A model generated the notes under the pieces. The model worked only from the letters and a program-made list of their open reading frames with translations, had not been told where the DNA came from and ran no database searches. From positions 287,928,001 to 287,992,000 of the forward strand of contig OZ024743.1 in assembly GCA_964016885.1 (NCBI GenBank): a DNA stretch of 64,000 nucleotides, given 5' to 3'. Each line of letters opens with the position of its first letter. Within the stretch, counting starts at the first letter, position 1. A program made the translations under genes and the position numbers. Source of the stretch: Eledone cirrhosa (Eukaryota). Below are positions 1-15,690 of the stretch, piece by piece.

Positions 1-640
1 AAGTGACCAGTGAAAAACTCGGTACATCTACATATGTATACGTGTGTGTATTCATATGCATACTAGTATTTCAGTATACATATGTGGATGTACATTTTTA
101 ACTTAATTGTTTAAGCGTCAGTCATACAAAAGTGAGTTACAAACGAAACGAAATTTAATTTCGTTTCGTTATTTGTTTTTATCGTCTCCGTTGAACCGGT
201 ACGTACTCACGCTCTATGCAAATTAGTCTGCCCACTACTAATTTTCATAGAAAAAGCATATAACGATATGTGCTTTTACGATTCTCTAGAGAGGCCGGAA
301 GATAGGTAAATATTGCTGATGAGATGTAACAACATCGAAACTAGTTCAATATTCCTTGCCTGGCTTTCTGGAGAATAGAGGAAAGGTGTTTCCTCAAAAA
401 CCAGTATGACTCTAAAAACCGGTTTGTCTGTGTGTTTACATACAGAATAGCTGGACACTCACAGTAAAGTGACCAGTGAAAAACTCGGTACATCTACATA
501 TGTATACGTGTGTGTATTCATATGCATACTAGTATTTCAGTATACATATGTGGATGTACATTTTTAACTTAATTGTTTAAGCGTCAGTCATACAAAAGTG
601 AGTTACAAACGAAACGAAATTTAATTTCGTTTCGTTATTT

Positions 641-644
<4 letters not shown>
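1..644 (+). mobile_element. Non-coding hammerhead-containing tandem repeat (retrozyme-like), family member A; 466-bp unit, cut by the window start
   Basis: Bases 1-178 recur from 467. One minimal HHR lies at 309-353 and ATGCAAAT at 216-223. The repeat ends in (TA)n at 645 and is homologous to the 50373-53806 array. Confidence 0.8.
309..353 (+). ncRNA. Minimal type I hammerhead ribozyme (GUU triplet, predicted cleavage after 346)
   Basis: aatattg-CTGATGA-gatgt aaca acatc-GAAA-ctag-TT-caatatt: 7-bp stem I, 5-bp stem II, palindromic CUAG loop III. Confidence 0.88.
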
Positions 645-699
<55 letters not shown>

Positions 700-710
<11 letters not shown>

Positions 711-3196
711 GGAAGATGGACATTGTTTGGTGTTCCCAACTTGCATGCTACACCGTTCATCCAATTTTCATGAAACCTCACACATATATAAAACTCAACG
801 CGTAGAGTAGAATAGGCTACTTGAAATTTTCGAAAAATCGATAATCGGGCCTTATGACAGAATGTTTTTCGATTCCAATGAAATTTTATGTGAATTCGAA
901 CACAAGAACTCTTATTTTACATCTGGCGCAATAAAAATAAATTTCATATGCCCATATAAGGACGTGCGTTATTGATTGGACGGCCAGCTGCATGTCTTCC
1001 CAGCTGTCTCAGTAAACGACCGACCATTAAAGAGTTTATCTTTTCATATTCCACCTTATTCAAGTGGAAATACACCTATCTGAAAAGGGAACCAAATTTA
1101 ATGGTGTCTTTTGTGATGCTAAAAGCTTTGAGTAAATTTTCAAACAGTCTTAAATAATCATGCTTTTTGAAAAAAAAAATGACTAAATAATACGTTGACC
1201 AAGTTGTATTGTACACATACAAAGTTGTAAAAAATGTTACTTCCGTACCAATGTTTTCCTTTTTTAAACAAAAGATTCTAAAAAAATTACTTAATTTATA
1301 ATACAGTCTTTTGCACAGGAAGTGAGTAACTTTTCGGGTGTTTAAACGTAAGTTCACCAGGGTTTGTGTCTTCATTATTAGCCCACCTCTAATGGCATTT
1401 TTGTTCTGCTTACGACTAAATGTTATGAGCGTATTTGCAATTAATTGCGCACACGTGCACACCTGCATGCAGATAGACACTGACAGCCAATAAAAAATCG
1501 ATAACTTGCTTATTAAGATATCGGTCAAAAAGAGAGATTGAATGTACTTTAGAACATTTTTTGAATATATTGTTCTTTTTGGCATGATATGTCAGAAATA
1601 TAGCTACTATACACTTTGGTTATTTTTTGTAACTAAAAAACGGTTCCTTTTGGGTGGATACTTAACGAGAAAAATCCTAGGGTTTTGGACAAGTTTGTTT
1701 CAGGCGCTGTATAGACGCCTATTTTGCCACACCTTGGTCATGAATTCGTATTCTTTTCCAATAGATATTTTCCGCTCTATAAGGCTCACCAGGATATAAG
1801 GCGTATCATTTAAAATCAGGTCCGCGCAACGGCGTGTAAGGCCAACCAGGAAAATGCTATCTTCTTTACTTTTAGTCTAGATCTATTACTTCTGTTAGAG
1901 CCGTGATTAATTTCCATTGTATTATTTATACATAAGGCTCACCGGAGTATAAAGCGCAGAGCTGTTTTTTGATTAAATTTAATTATTTTAAGTGCAATTT
2001 ATAGACCGGAAAATTCGGTAAGTTATTGTAATTATATTTCCAAAACCTTCCCATTCACCAGTAACCATGCTAACGAATCTGGTGTCATCTCTCTCTGTAT
2101 TTAATCACCTCTCTTTAACCTAACAGCTTCGTTACACGTCGTTATGCCCACACGGACACGTTCAAGACTTACCTCCAAAAAAGGTACAGCTACTGCTTTG
2201 AGACAACGAATTAGGCGTTCTCAGGTATGAGTTCATTCACAATTGATTAATCCTTTATGCAATATTCTCCCTTAATGTTAGCAAGTACTGCGTTTATCCT
2301 AACTGTGACCACTTTTAAGCAACTACAACATTCTAATCGTAGTTATATTAAATTTATTGTCTTACCTTGATTCCCTTTTGTTCATGTTAGACTTTTCTCA
2401 TTTACTATTGACACTGCCATTGGCTTAGCTAACCAGTAGAATTAATTAATTTTCTCTAGGAAACACCTGCTGAGCGCGAATCTCGACTCGCTGATAGACG
2501 TCTTTCCCGGCTGGTTGAGTTACCAACATCACGTACGACAAGGCTTGCTGATGTTCGCCTTCGTCGCCAACAAGCGCTGACGGAGGAATCACCAACATCC
2601 CGTCAGACGAGGCTTGAGGCTGTGGCAAAGGGCAATAACCCTAGATACAATTTTGATCAACTTTTTTTCACCTATAGCAAATTTACCGGGACAGGTTTTT
2701 AGCTACTCAAATCTACTTCAGAGATCACGCATTGATGTAAAAAATCAATAAAACTGAAGCGGGCTCGACTTTGCGCAAAAAAATAAGGCAAAGTTACACA
2801 TGGGAAAAAATTTTACAGGAACGTCCTATATTCTTGAAAGCTGTCACAAAAGACTCGCCATTATGCCGCGGTTAAGATAAAGGCCCTTTTAATTCTTCTT
2901 CTGCACATGTGAGCGCAAAAATTGTAAAAAAAAAAACCCCTGAAAGTAATCGACATTTTCACCCTGCTTTAAATTAACTGAACATTCAATATCAAGCAAT
3001 TTTGACTTCCGTCAGTCGTGCAGAGAACAATTTCAACGATACACCGTGTAACTACAATTAATAAATTACACACCTGTGTCTACTAACCTATTTTTTTTCA
3101 TTGAAGTTCGAAGTTTTGAACCTGTGATGCGCGGGAAGTAACTTTCACACATTCTAACAGACCAAAGGTCGACTTACGCCCGGGTACTTCTGCTAG
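700..3196 (+). mobile_element. Non-autonomous Helitron-like remnant
   Basis: The 3' end reads ...cgcccgggtacttctgCTAG|t, a GC-rich subterminal stretch followed by CTAG before T. The 5' end TATATATAAAGGGAAG emerges from (TA)n. That both ends belong to one element is inferred. Confidence 0.45.
1765..2020. mobile_element. pogo/Tigger-like DNA transposon end
   Basis: Repeated ATAAGGCTCACC(A/G)GA..TATAA subterminal motifs and a terminal ttatagaccggaaaattcggTA (reverse complement TACCGAATTTTCCGGTCTATAA). Confidence 0.4.
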
Positions 3197-3294
3197 TATA
3201 TATATATGTAGAAGTTATATTTAAATTGTTGGGATACCACAAGCAAATATTTTTATAACTGATATAAAGCACTCAACAAATTATTGGAGTAAAA

Positions 3295-3656
3295 ATACGA
3301 TGTATTAACAAATGGAAACTATATTTATAAAACCATATTTATTTCATTATACATATTTCAAGGATACCAAGTCAAATTATGGTGCGCTTTCATCAGATAA
3401 AATATAATATAGATCAGTTTTATAAATAAATATTGACATACCCTTAAAGAATGCGACCATTTCTGTTGGAAGATCCGGGAGCTTCCAACAGAAATGGTCG
3501 CATTCTTTAAGGGTATGTCAATATTTATTTATAAAACTGATCTATATATATATTTTATCTGATGAAAGCGCACCATAATTTGACTTGGTATCCTTGAAAT
3601 ATGTATAATGAAATAAATATGGTTTTGTAAATATAGTTTCCATTTGTTAATATATC

Positions 3657-3660
<4 letters not shown>
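3295..3660. repeat. Near-perfect fold-back (~175-bp arms) made of two inverted Penelope pLTR-like ends, each with a degenerate HHR and AATAAA
   Basis: The arms are reverse complements around ~3476. Right arm: CTGATGA(3559)-aag..ctt-GAAA-tatg-TA-taatg-aAATAAA, then (TA)n. Confidence 0.75.
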
Positions 3661-3693
<33 letters not shown>

Positions 3694-3716
3694 CATATTT
3701 ATATATACATACATAA

Positions 3717-3804
<88 letters not shown>

Positions 3805-3809
3805 TTATT

Positions 3810-3905
<96 letters not shown>

Positions 3906-4388
3906 ACGTGTGTGGCGCACCTGAGTATGAGTATATGTTTTTGATTATTACGATAGGTACAATTATTAAAACAAAATATGAGGAAGAAATATGCCACCGC
4001 TATTGATGATGATAATGCTGCTGTTGGTGCTTTTGTTTATGTTTGCTACTTATATGATAATGTTGCTGGTGATGATGGTTATGATGGTGGTGTTAATAGT
4101 GTTGATGAAACATTGTATAAAAAATAACTCCTGTATCCGCCAGCGGTGATCATTATTTTGCATAATATTGTCATTTTTTCCTCAGTGAGGGCGTAGGGTC
4201 TACCTAATTCTTATGAGACACTCAATTCTAATATTTTCATCTCATCCATAATTATGTTATAAGTTTGGGTGGTATTTCATAGCATATGAAAGTAATCTAT
4301 CTATCTACTTATATATCTATGAATCTTTCATTACACACACACACACTTACACACACACACTTACACACACACACACACACACACACAG

Positions 4389-4449
<61 letters not shown>

Positions 4450-4468
4450 TACATATATACATATATAC

Positions 4469-4533
<65 letters not shown>

Positions 4534-4712
4534 AACACACACATATATATATATTATATACTATATATGTTTATGTATACATTATATATGTATATAAATA
4601 TATACTATATTTGCACATGTTACATTCATACATTGTGTGCGTATATATATATATTTAAAGAAATTCAATATCTATCTATCTATCTATCTAACATATCTAT
4701 CTATCTGTCTAC

Positions 4713-4771
<59 letters not shown>

Positions 4772-4773
4772 CA

Positions 4774-4811
<38 letters not shown>

Positions 4812-4845
4812 CCTATCTATCTATCTATCTATCTATTTATCTGTC
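3655..4845. repeat. Microsatellite cluster (TA)n, (CA)n, (TCTA)n
   Basis: Directly visible simple repeats. Confidence 0.95.
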
Positions 4846-5574
4846 TAACTGTACCTGCAGGTGATTAGGAAATATGAAACAAATATCTTCTAGAATGCTA
4901 TTTCAATAAACATGTTATATTTTAATATAATTTTTTTCCCTCAAATATATCCTCTGTGTCATATATCGATATTGAAAACAAACATTTATTTTCTGCCTCG
5001 TACCGTTTAGGGTACCGATGTATTTTTTTGTTTTCTATTATTACGTTTGTCTTTACTTCGTTTCCATTTTCAATTCAATTTTGAAGAGAAAAGAAACCCC
5101 TAAATATAGAAAATGCAATAAGCCACATGAAAATGATTTCTTTTTTTTTTACGAGAAGAAAAATTAACTTTACTAGAATTCTTTTCAGTCTTTAAAAGAA
5201 ACAAGAAAGAAACACCTCAAATATACATTTAACTGTTGTCGTTGTTAGATATACAGAATAGTCCTTAAGACACTTTACAATTCAAAAATTTAATTTGAAA
5301 TTTATTTGATTTATTATGAAATGCTGCCATAATTCATATATTAACTATAAAAATAGTCGGGTAACTTATTCTTTAACCCCCCCCGCCCTCACACACTAAA
5401 AAAAAAAAAATGGAGTAATCTAACCACGCATCTGTTGTAATGAAAACAAGTAAATTTCAAATTTTCCAACTTTCCTAATCTTTTCGGTTTAAAAAATTAA
5501 CTTTTATTCCAATAATTTATTAACTTTTTTTTCAGGCTTCGGAAATACATTACCTGGAAAATAATTCTAGAAAA

Positions 5575-5766
5575 AATGATTTCTAGTAGGGGAAAGTCGA
5601 TTAAATTGACCCCAGTGCATTACTGGTGCTTTATTTTATCGACCATGTAAGGATGAAAGGCAAAGTTAACTTCCGCAGGATTTGAACTCAAACCGTAAAG
5701 GACCGTAACTTTATGCTGCAAAGCATGGTGTCCAACTCTCTACCGATACTGCCAATCCACCGCCCT
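5575..5766 (-). mobile_element. tRNA-derived SINE with Nin/Deu-like core
   Basis: Minus strand shows A box TGGCAGTATCGG, B box GAGTTCAAATCC and core CTTTCATCCTT..GGTCGATAAAATAAAG.ACCAG. Many copies occur in the window. Confidence 0.8.
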
Positions 5767-6575
5767 TATTCTAGAAAAAATAATGACAGAGCTACGTGTC
5801 TCTTTTACTTTTTTACTAACTTCAATCATTAGACTGCGCTCATGCTGGATCACCAAGGAATTTAGTTGAACTTATCTACCCCAGTACATATTTTTTCTTT
5901 TAAAATTTGTTACTTATTTTATTGATTTCTTTTCAGAAAACCGCTAAACAACCAGTAAACATAGATACGAACACGCACGTACACCTATATACATACATAC
6001 CAAGTTTCCGCCGAAGAAATTTCACTTACAAAGTTTTGCTTAACCCTAAATTATAATAGAAAATTCTTGCCCAAAATACAGTGCAATGAGATTAAACACG
6101 AAGCACCGTGGTTGCAAAATAAACTTCTTAACCTTATAGTCATGCCTAATTTACAATGAGAATAACTCATGTCGAACGTAATACAGTAAGGTGCAGTATT
6201 CAATTGTTTTTTCAATTTCTAGCATTCTTTATGATCTCCATAAAATCAGGGTTGGCCCTTTTGATTACAGGCACAATTCATTTTTCTTATTTGAGTGGAT
6301 TGGAGGAACGACAAATTACGGGGTTTGCTGAAAGACACAACGCGCCACCGGCAATCGAACTTACGTTCGTGATTTAACCACCAAACCACACGTATTCACA
6401 GCATAAACAATAGAAAAACAACAAAGAATCATTTTATATTGTATGCATAAATCTCATTGTTGAATTGTTAGCGATAGTTGCATTAATTATAAGTAGTGTT
6501 GAGTCATCTATCAATATTTCATTAATATTTCAATTATTTGACTTACCAACCCACAACTTGATCTCATCTGCCTAT

Positions 6576-6609
<34 letters not shown>

Positions 6610-6621
6610 GTCTCTTCCTCA

Positions 6622-6687
<66 letters not shown>

Positions 6688-6689
6688 AA

Positions 6690-6754
<65 letters not shown>

Positions 6755-6756
<2 letters not shown>

Positions 6757-8395
6757 AGGGTGTTAAAGTTTGCTTGAAGCATTGTGAAATGTGTAAAATA
6801 CGTAGTTAAGAAAGCCACAACAATGCAGAGGGAAATCTCGAGGTAGGAAGTGAAAGATAGATAGGAAAAACAGGTGAAAGTGAAAATTGAGAGAGACAAA
6901 GATGAAAACAAAACAAAGGTAGAAGGGTTACCGTAGTAGAGATTTAATCCCAATATTTCGGGCTCACGCCCATCAACGGAGGAAAGTTCCAAAAGGGGGG
7001 GAACAGGCCAAGCGGAGAAAGTTGTGATGTCGTTAAGACAGGAATGCCGTTATGGGGAGAAAATTATTTAAAATTTAAACGAGGGAAAGAATGCGCGTGC
7101 GCGTGATAGGCTGTGGCAAAAGCTACTGACCAAATGGGTTAAATCAAGAGGGTGCGCTAGCGTGTGAAAGCCGTAAGATATGTGTGTGTAAATATATATG
7201 TGTGTGTAACTGTGTGTGTATAAGTGTAAGTGTGTATATGTGTGAGTGTGTGTGTCTGTGAAAGATAGTGGGCTGTAGAAGCTGGAAATCAAAGGGTGTG
7301 AAAGGTGGTAGGTTGTAAAACATGTGTGCGTGTATAAATATAGATGTGTGTGTGTAAGCGTAAGGGTATACATGTGTGTGTAAATGTGTGTGTATATGTG
7401 TGAGTGCGTTTGTGTGTGAAAGATAGTGGGCTGTAGAAGCTGGAAATCAAAGGGTGTGAAAGGTGGTAGGTTGTAAAAACATGTGTGCGTGTATAAATAT
7501 AGATGTGTGTGTGTATGCGTATGGGTATGCATATACGTGCGTGTGTGTGAAGATAGCAGGCCGTAGGCTGTGAATGGTCACTATGGTTAAGTTAGCCATG
7601 TCAGCTCATTTCTCTCAGCCCGGTTGTTAAGTGGGGGTCTGAGGTTCTTAATAACAAGTGCTTCCTTTATCCTTAAGGATCCGATGCTGCGTTCAGTCGC
7701 TAGGACTGTGACCAAGGGTCTACCCTGTGGGTTTCCGCATTTAAGGATGTGTTTACGGAAGGAAGATGCGTTGGTGTTGATATGTTCCTTGATACGAACA
7801 TGTAGGGGTCGGATGGTGCTACATATGTAAAACTTGTTACATTTATCGCATTGAATCTTATATACGACATAGGTGCGTAGGCAATCTGTCCCCCGTATCG
7901 GGCAGTTGCTGAGGGAACACGTCCCATCTGACTCGTCGGGTTTGTTGGAGAGGCATCTTCGCAGCGAAGGTCCTGTGTGGGCCAAATGTATGTCAAGTCC
8001 CTCCGTCCGTATGGCCCTGCGGATGGCGTTCGTGGTATATTCACTCAGGTGGGGGATTTTAAAGAAGCACCTGCTATTATTTAATTTTCTAGTGGGTGTC
8101 TGTCTATTGGGTCTGGGGTCTCTAATTCCGTTAATCAGTCGCTTGGGATAACCATTAGATCTGAGTAGATTACGGAATTGCGTGGTATGGGTGAGACCAC
8201 CCATCGGGTCGCTGCATCTGTTAGTGATCCGTGTCAGTTCATTTAGGACATAGCCTCTCTTAGCTTTGTTGGGGAGGGCTGAGTTATAATGCACACATAA
8301 GTCCTTGCACGCTGCTTTGCGGTAGAAGGTGGTGTTTATGTCTTCTTCTTCCGAGATGTTGATACGGAAGTCGAGGAGGGCGAGTGACCCGTCTT
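6755..8395 (-). mobile_element. 5'-truncated Penelope-like element (RT thumb + GIY-YIG endonuclease) flanked by (TA)n
   Basis: ORF 7587-8294 and its upstream frame give [16 protein letters not shown], a Cys-rich linker, VVYKIQCDKC.KFYI.ST.RPLHVRIKEH and LRIKEALVI..LRPPLN. The 3' UTR has a ~160-bp tandem duplication (7200-7560). Confidence 0.88.
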
Positions 8396-8528
<133 letters not shown>

Positions 8529-8591
8529 AAGTATATATATATATATATAAACAAGTATATATATATATATTTATATATATATATATATATA

Positions 8592-8746
8592 TTAGTGAAA
8601 AAGAACAAAGGAACTATTATGACATTATAACAAGTTTATTGCCGACAGCCGTTTCGTCCGACCCCATGGCTTAACTAGCTACCGTCACATATTTGGTAAG
8701 TCAGACGTGATCATCGCGATTCACATACGTCCTACCATACATCTTA

Positions 8747-8748
<2 letters not shown>
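8592..8748 (-). mobile_element. Short pLTR-like fragment between (TA)n tracts, with a degenerate HHR (copy at 14105-14260)
   Basis: Minus strand: cgatga..gtctgac...gtcggac-GAAAC-ggct-GTC-ggc-AATAAA. The 5' core is degenerate. Confidence 0.5.
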
Positions 8749-8841
<93 letters not shown>

Positions 8842-8860
8842 GTGTATATATATATATATA

Positions 8861-8942
<82 letters not shown>

Positions 8943-8969
8943 AATATATTTATACATATATATATATAC

Positions 8970-9200
<231 letters not shown>

Positions 9201-9207
9201 TATATAC

Positions 9208-9323
<116 letters not shown>

Positions 9324-9328
9324 GTATG

Positions 9329-9363
<35 letters not shown>

Positions 9364-9371
9364 GTATATAT

Positions 9372-12265
9372 AGAAAGGATGAATATAAAATGAAAGTGCT
9401 TTTGTTAAAAAAGGAATTTATTAGGTATTGACATATGTTTCTGTAACAGACCGAATACCTATGTATCGCTGCTTGCGTAATCATATAATGTTAGCAAGTA
9501 TTCGATAGCAAATGTATAATCAGTTGTCACTTCTTCAGAGATTTTGGATAAACTGGATAAAATCAGAAAAATTGAAGTATTTATATTAGTAAAAGAGGAA
9601 GGAACAGAGGGGATAGAATATGACAGATGGTAAAATAATTTACTGCTAAACAAGTATATAATGGGTTTTTAATGAGAATACCATGAGTAAATCTAAATAA
9701 GAATTTTGGGGGTGCCGATTTTAATCTCTACTTGACCAACTGGACAGTGGACAGGGCTGGTCATTTGGTGCAGTAGTATTAATCATAAAGTGTCAATTGG
9801 GGAAGGGGGAGATTTCGATTGCTACTAAATAACATCAATGCTAGTGGTCAGCTGGTATTTGCTCTAGGGAATTGAATCAAAAAATCAGAAATCTCATTTT
9901 ATCTATAGCAGTTTGTATTAAAAGGTAAATAATAGAAGAGTTGATAGAATTAAGACTAATAAAGAATGTTCATATCTATTTTGACAATCAAACGGGGATA
10001 GAGACAGGCGTTCAATCCTGGTAGTATTTATAATATGAAAATGTAGATTTTAAGCGATGGTTACAGTATAACGATCGCTCTATTCTGTTATTTAATAAAA
10101 TGTTTTTGGATTTCATAATACAAAATAATTCTACATTACATAATCTACAAAATTCCTGTCCATTGGAATATGGGGGGGGGCAGTCGCTATTATATCCCAT
10201 TTTAGGTGAAATTGTTGGTTATTTTCACGCAGCTGCCAAGCCTTGTCTGCGAGTGTTGTTACATAACGCTGGTTTTCATGTTTTATCGAATAACGATGTC
10301 TATAAAGGCGTGATTTAAAGGAGGTGGCTGTAGATCCCACATAGTACCACTTCTGTCTATCCGATTCGATAGTACATTTGTATACGATGTTGCGTTCAAG
10401 ACACTGGTTGTTCAACGGACACATTCCTGGTTGGACACAGTTGCAATTACAATTTTGCGTTGTTGTATTGCCATGGATGGGTTGATGAGGTTGCTTATGT
10501 AGAACAGGATGTTGTTTGTTGTTTTGTGATGTTATAGCTAATGTTTTAAGTGTATTGTTATGTGTTGGAAGGCGTTTATACAACCGTTTTGCGTTAAGCA
10601 TTTTTATATGTTGTTCAATATTAGGGGCGGTTGAAAATGAAAGTCGGATGGTGTTAGGGTTTAAGATTTTATTATATTTATGTGATGTTGGAAAGTGTTT
10701 TCTAACTAATCGAAAGAATTTTGAGGGTAGATTGGTTTTAATAGATTTGTTATAGACCGGGTTGTACCAGATATACTCCTTACATCGCCTTCTGTTTGGT
10801 GGTGTGCGACTATTATTGTGTCTATTGCGGTAGTGTATGTATGGTGGTGATTCTGTGCTATTTCTACTCCTATGTGATTTATTTTGGGTGTTTTGGTGAT
10901 CATTGACTATATACTCTATATTATCTAGGTGACCGGCTTTCCTAAGTGCATCATCATAATACTCGGCATGTTCTTTGAAGGTTTGTTGGTTGGACGATAG
11001 GCGGGAGATTCTAAGAGAAACATTTCTAGGGATGGATTTAATTATAGAGAGTGGATGGTTAGAACTCGTATTTACATATTTAAGGTTCTCATTTAGTTTA
11101 TGGAACGGTTTAATCGTATCTGTATTGAGATTGAAAGTAACATCAAGGAAATTGACCTCTTTGAGGTTATATTCAAATGTAATATTTAATCCTAGTTCTT
11201 TAAAAAGTTTTCTGATATTTTTACGCATCCTTTCTAAATTCTGGTTATTCATATTCTTAACTAATAGGAGCGCATCGTCACGGTAAATTCCACCGTGGAG
11301 ATCCTTGAATTTTCCTTGTAATCTGTGGGTGATATAAATTCCCACAAGATCTGTTACCTCCGCCGAATCATTAGAACCCATAGTGATATCAAAATTAGAA
11401 GGTCTATCTTTGCGAACCCAGTAGCTATCATCGAATTTAACTATAGTTTTTCTCGCTTCCATAATAATTTTAATTTCAGCATCCGTAAGGTCGGAATTAT
11501 CCTTAGCGAACGAAAGAGCTTCATGTAGAGTATCAGGTGAAATTGAGGAATAATATTCATCAATATCAAACTGAATAAATTTTGATTTTTTCTTATCAGT
11601 AATGTTGTTAAACCATCTTATTGCTTCATGAGTGTTACCCCATAGTTTAATCTCTACTTTAACCTTAACTTGGGGGATAATTCTGTCTAGTATATATTTG
11701 CTAATTTTACCTATATCTGATTTAGAGGGGCATATAAGTCTAATATTAGGGTTAGTATCGAAGTTTACCTTGTGGTCCTTCAGGTTGAAGGATGGTATAG
11801 CTGGTGTTAAGGGTTGCGTTCTATCGTCAATACAAAGTTTTTAACAATATCACATGCCGAGTTGTTGATGTTTTTAAGTGTGGCTTCATTAGTTTTCCTG
11901 TATTTTTTATGCAATTCCTTACGGATGAAGTTATTGTAAGTGTCCACATCCATGGTATATACGTTTGATGTTTTGTCTGCTCTAACAATAACTCCATTGG
12001 CGTTTTTTAGATTATTGAGCAGTGCCGTGATGTCATTCTGTAGTTTATTGTTCTTACGTTTTGTAAATTTGATCTCCATGATCATATCCATTAGGTCTTG
12101 TTCAAATGCATCCAAAAGTGGGTTTGAGGGTGGGTTCTTGTAAGATTTAAATCCAAATTTATCCTTGTTAAGATCCGATGTTTGGTTTATACGGCTTTTG
12201 TCAAAATGGAATGTTTTCCATCTGATTCGTCGAATGTTTTCCATCTGATTCGTCGAATAAAATCA
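9372..12265 (-). mobile_element. Near-complete, frameshifted Penelope-like element (YRDD-type RT, C-terminal GIY-YIG; Hydra-clade-like by inference)
   Basis: IRRIRWK, ADKTSN, FDITMGSNDSAEV, GIYRDD, FLDVTF, SNHP, CNC..CPL..CL, VYKC..YYVGST..FKSRL..H, CRLC..E, LLNNR.E...CNH. Flanked by (TA)n. Confidence 0.92.
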
Positions 12266-12275
12266 TATATACATA

Positions 12276-12350
<75 letters not shown>

Positions 12351-12351
12351 C

Positions 12352-12427
<76 letters not shown>

Positions 12428-12450
12428 TATACATATATATATATATACAA

Positions 12451-12532
<82 letters not shown>

Positions 12533-12537
12533 GTATG

Positions 12538-12786
<249 letters not shown>

Positions 12787-12806
12787 TATATATATACACA
12801 TATATG

Positions 12807-12955
<149 letters not shown>

Positions 12956-12956
12956 C

Positions 12957-13017
<61 letters not shown>

Positions 13018-13019
<2 letters not shown>

Positions 13020-13281
13020 TCGTTCCTGTGTCAGTGTTGAACAAAAAGGTGACGTGGTTGCCTTAACACCGTATGGCATAAGTTCAGGCTGTTCAGTTTG
13101 TTTACAAACGAACAAAGCGGCGTTATAATAAGCGTCCGCTAAACTGATGCGTGCATATATGTATGTGTACCTGTATGTATATATATGTGTATATGTATAT
13201 ATATATATATATATATATGTACGTTATTCCGGGTTGAATCGGAGGTAACCACAGTAAGTAAGGTACTCAATACATAGCAGA

Positions 13282-13330
<49 letters not shown>

Positions 13331-13384
13331 TGCTACTGTACGTCCTGTATACATATATGTATGTACGTATACATACATACTTAC

Positions 13385-13388
<4 letters not shown>
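13018..13388 (+). mobile_element. Partial monomer of the retrozyme-like family (member C), starting at the position homologous to the HHR cleavage site; duplicate at 15047-15335
   Basis: cttcgttcctgtgtcagtgttgaacaaaa aligns to cagcgttcctttgtcagtgttgaacaaaa (50387), with the same hairpins. Embedded in (TA)n. Confidence 0.78.
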
Positions 13389-13415
<27 letters not shown>

Positions 13416-13452
13416 GATATATATATACATATATATATACATATATATATAC

Positions 13453-13502
<50 letters not shown>

Positions 13503-13508
13503 TATTAC

Positions 13509-13539
<31 letters not shown>

Positions 13540-13754
13540 CATATATATATACATATATATATATATTGGAAAATGTGTGTAATCCTTGGTACAGTTAGGT
13601 ATATTAAGACAGGGGGGGACGAAAAAAATGGCTTCACTTGTGCTTTCAACAATTTTATTTTCTTCACAATATCCAAAAAGAATTTTTTTCCGGATTAGAA
13701 AAAATTTTTTTTTTTGTTAGAAAAAATTATTTTATAAATTAAGTTGTTGGTTGT

Positions 13755-15690
<1,936 letters not shown>

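Noticed and set aside
5650-5766. tRNA genes (A/B boxes)
   Set aside because: No cloverleaf. These are multi-copy SINE heads.
6945-6990. HHR-like motif on - strand (ttgatg-ggc gtga gccc-gaaa-tatt)
   Set aside because: The core is too degenerate to call, although its position in a pLTR is suggestive.
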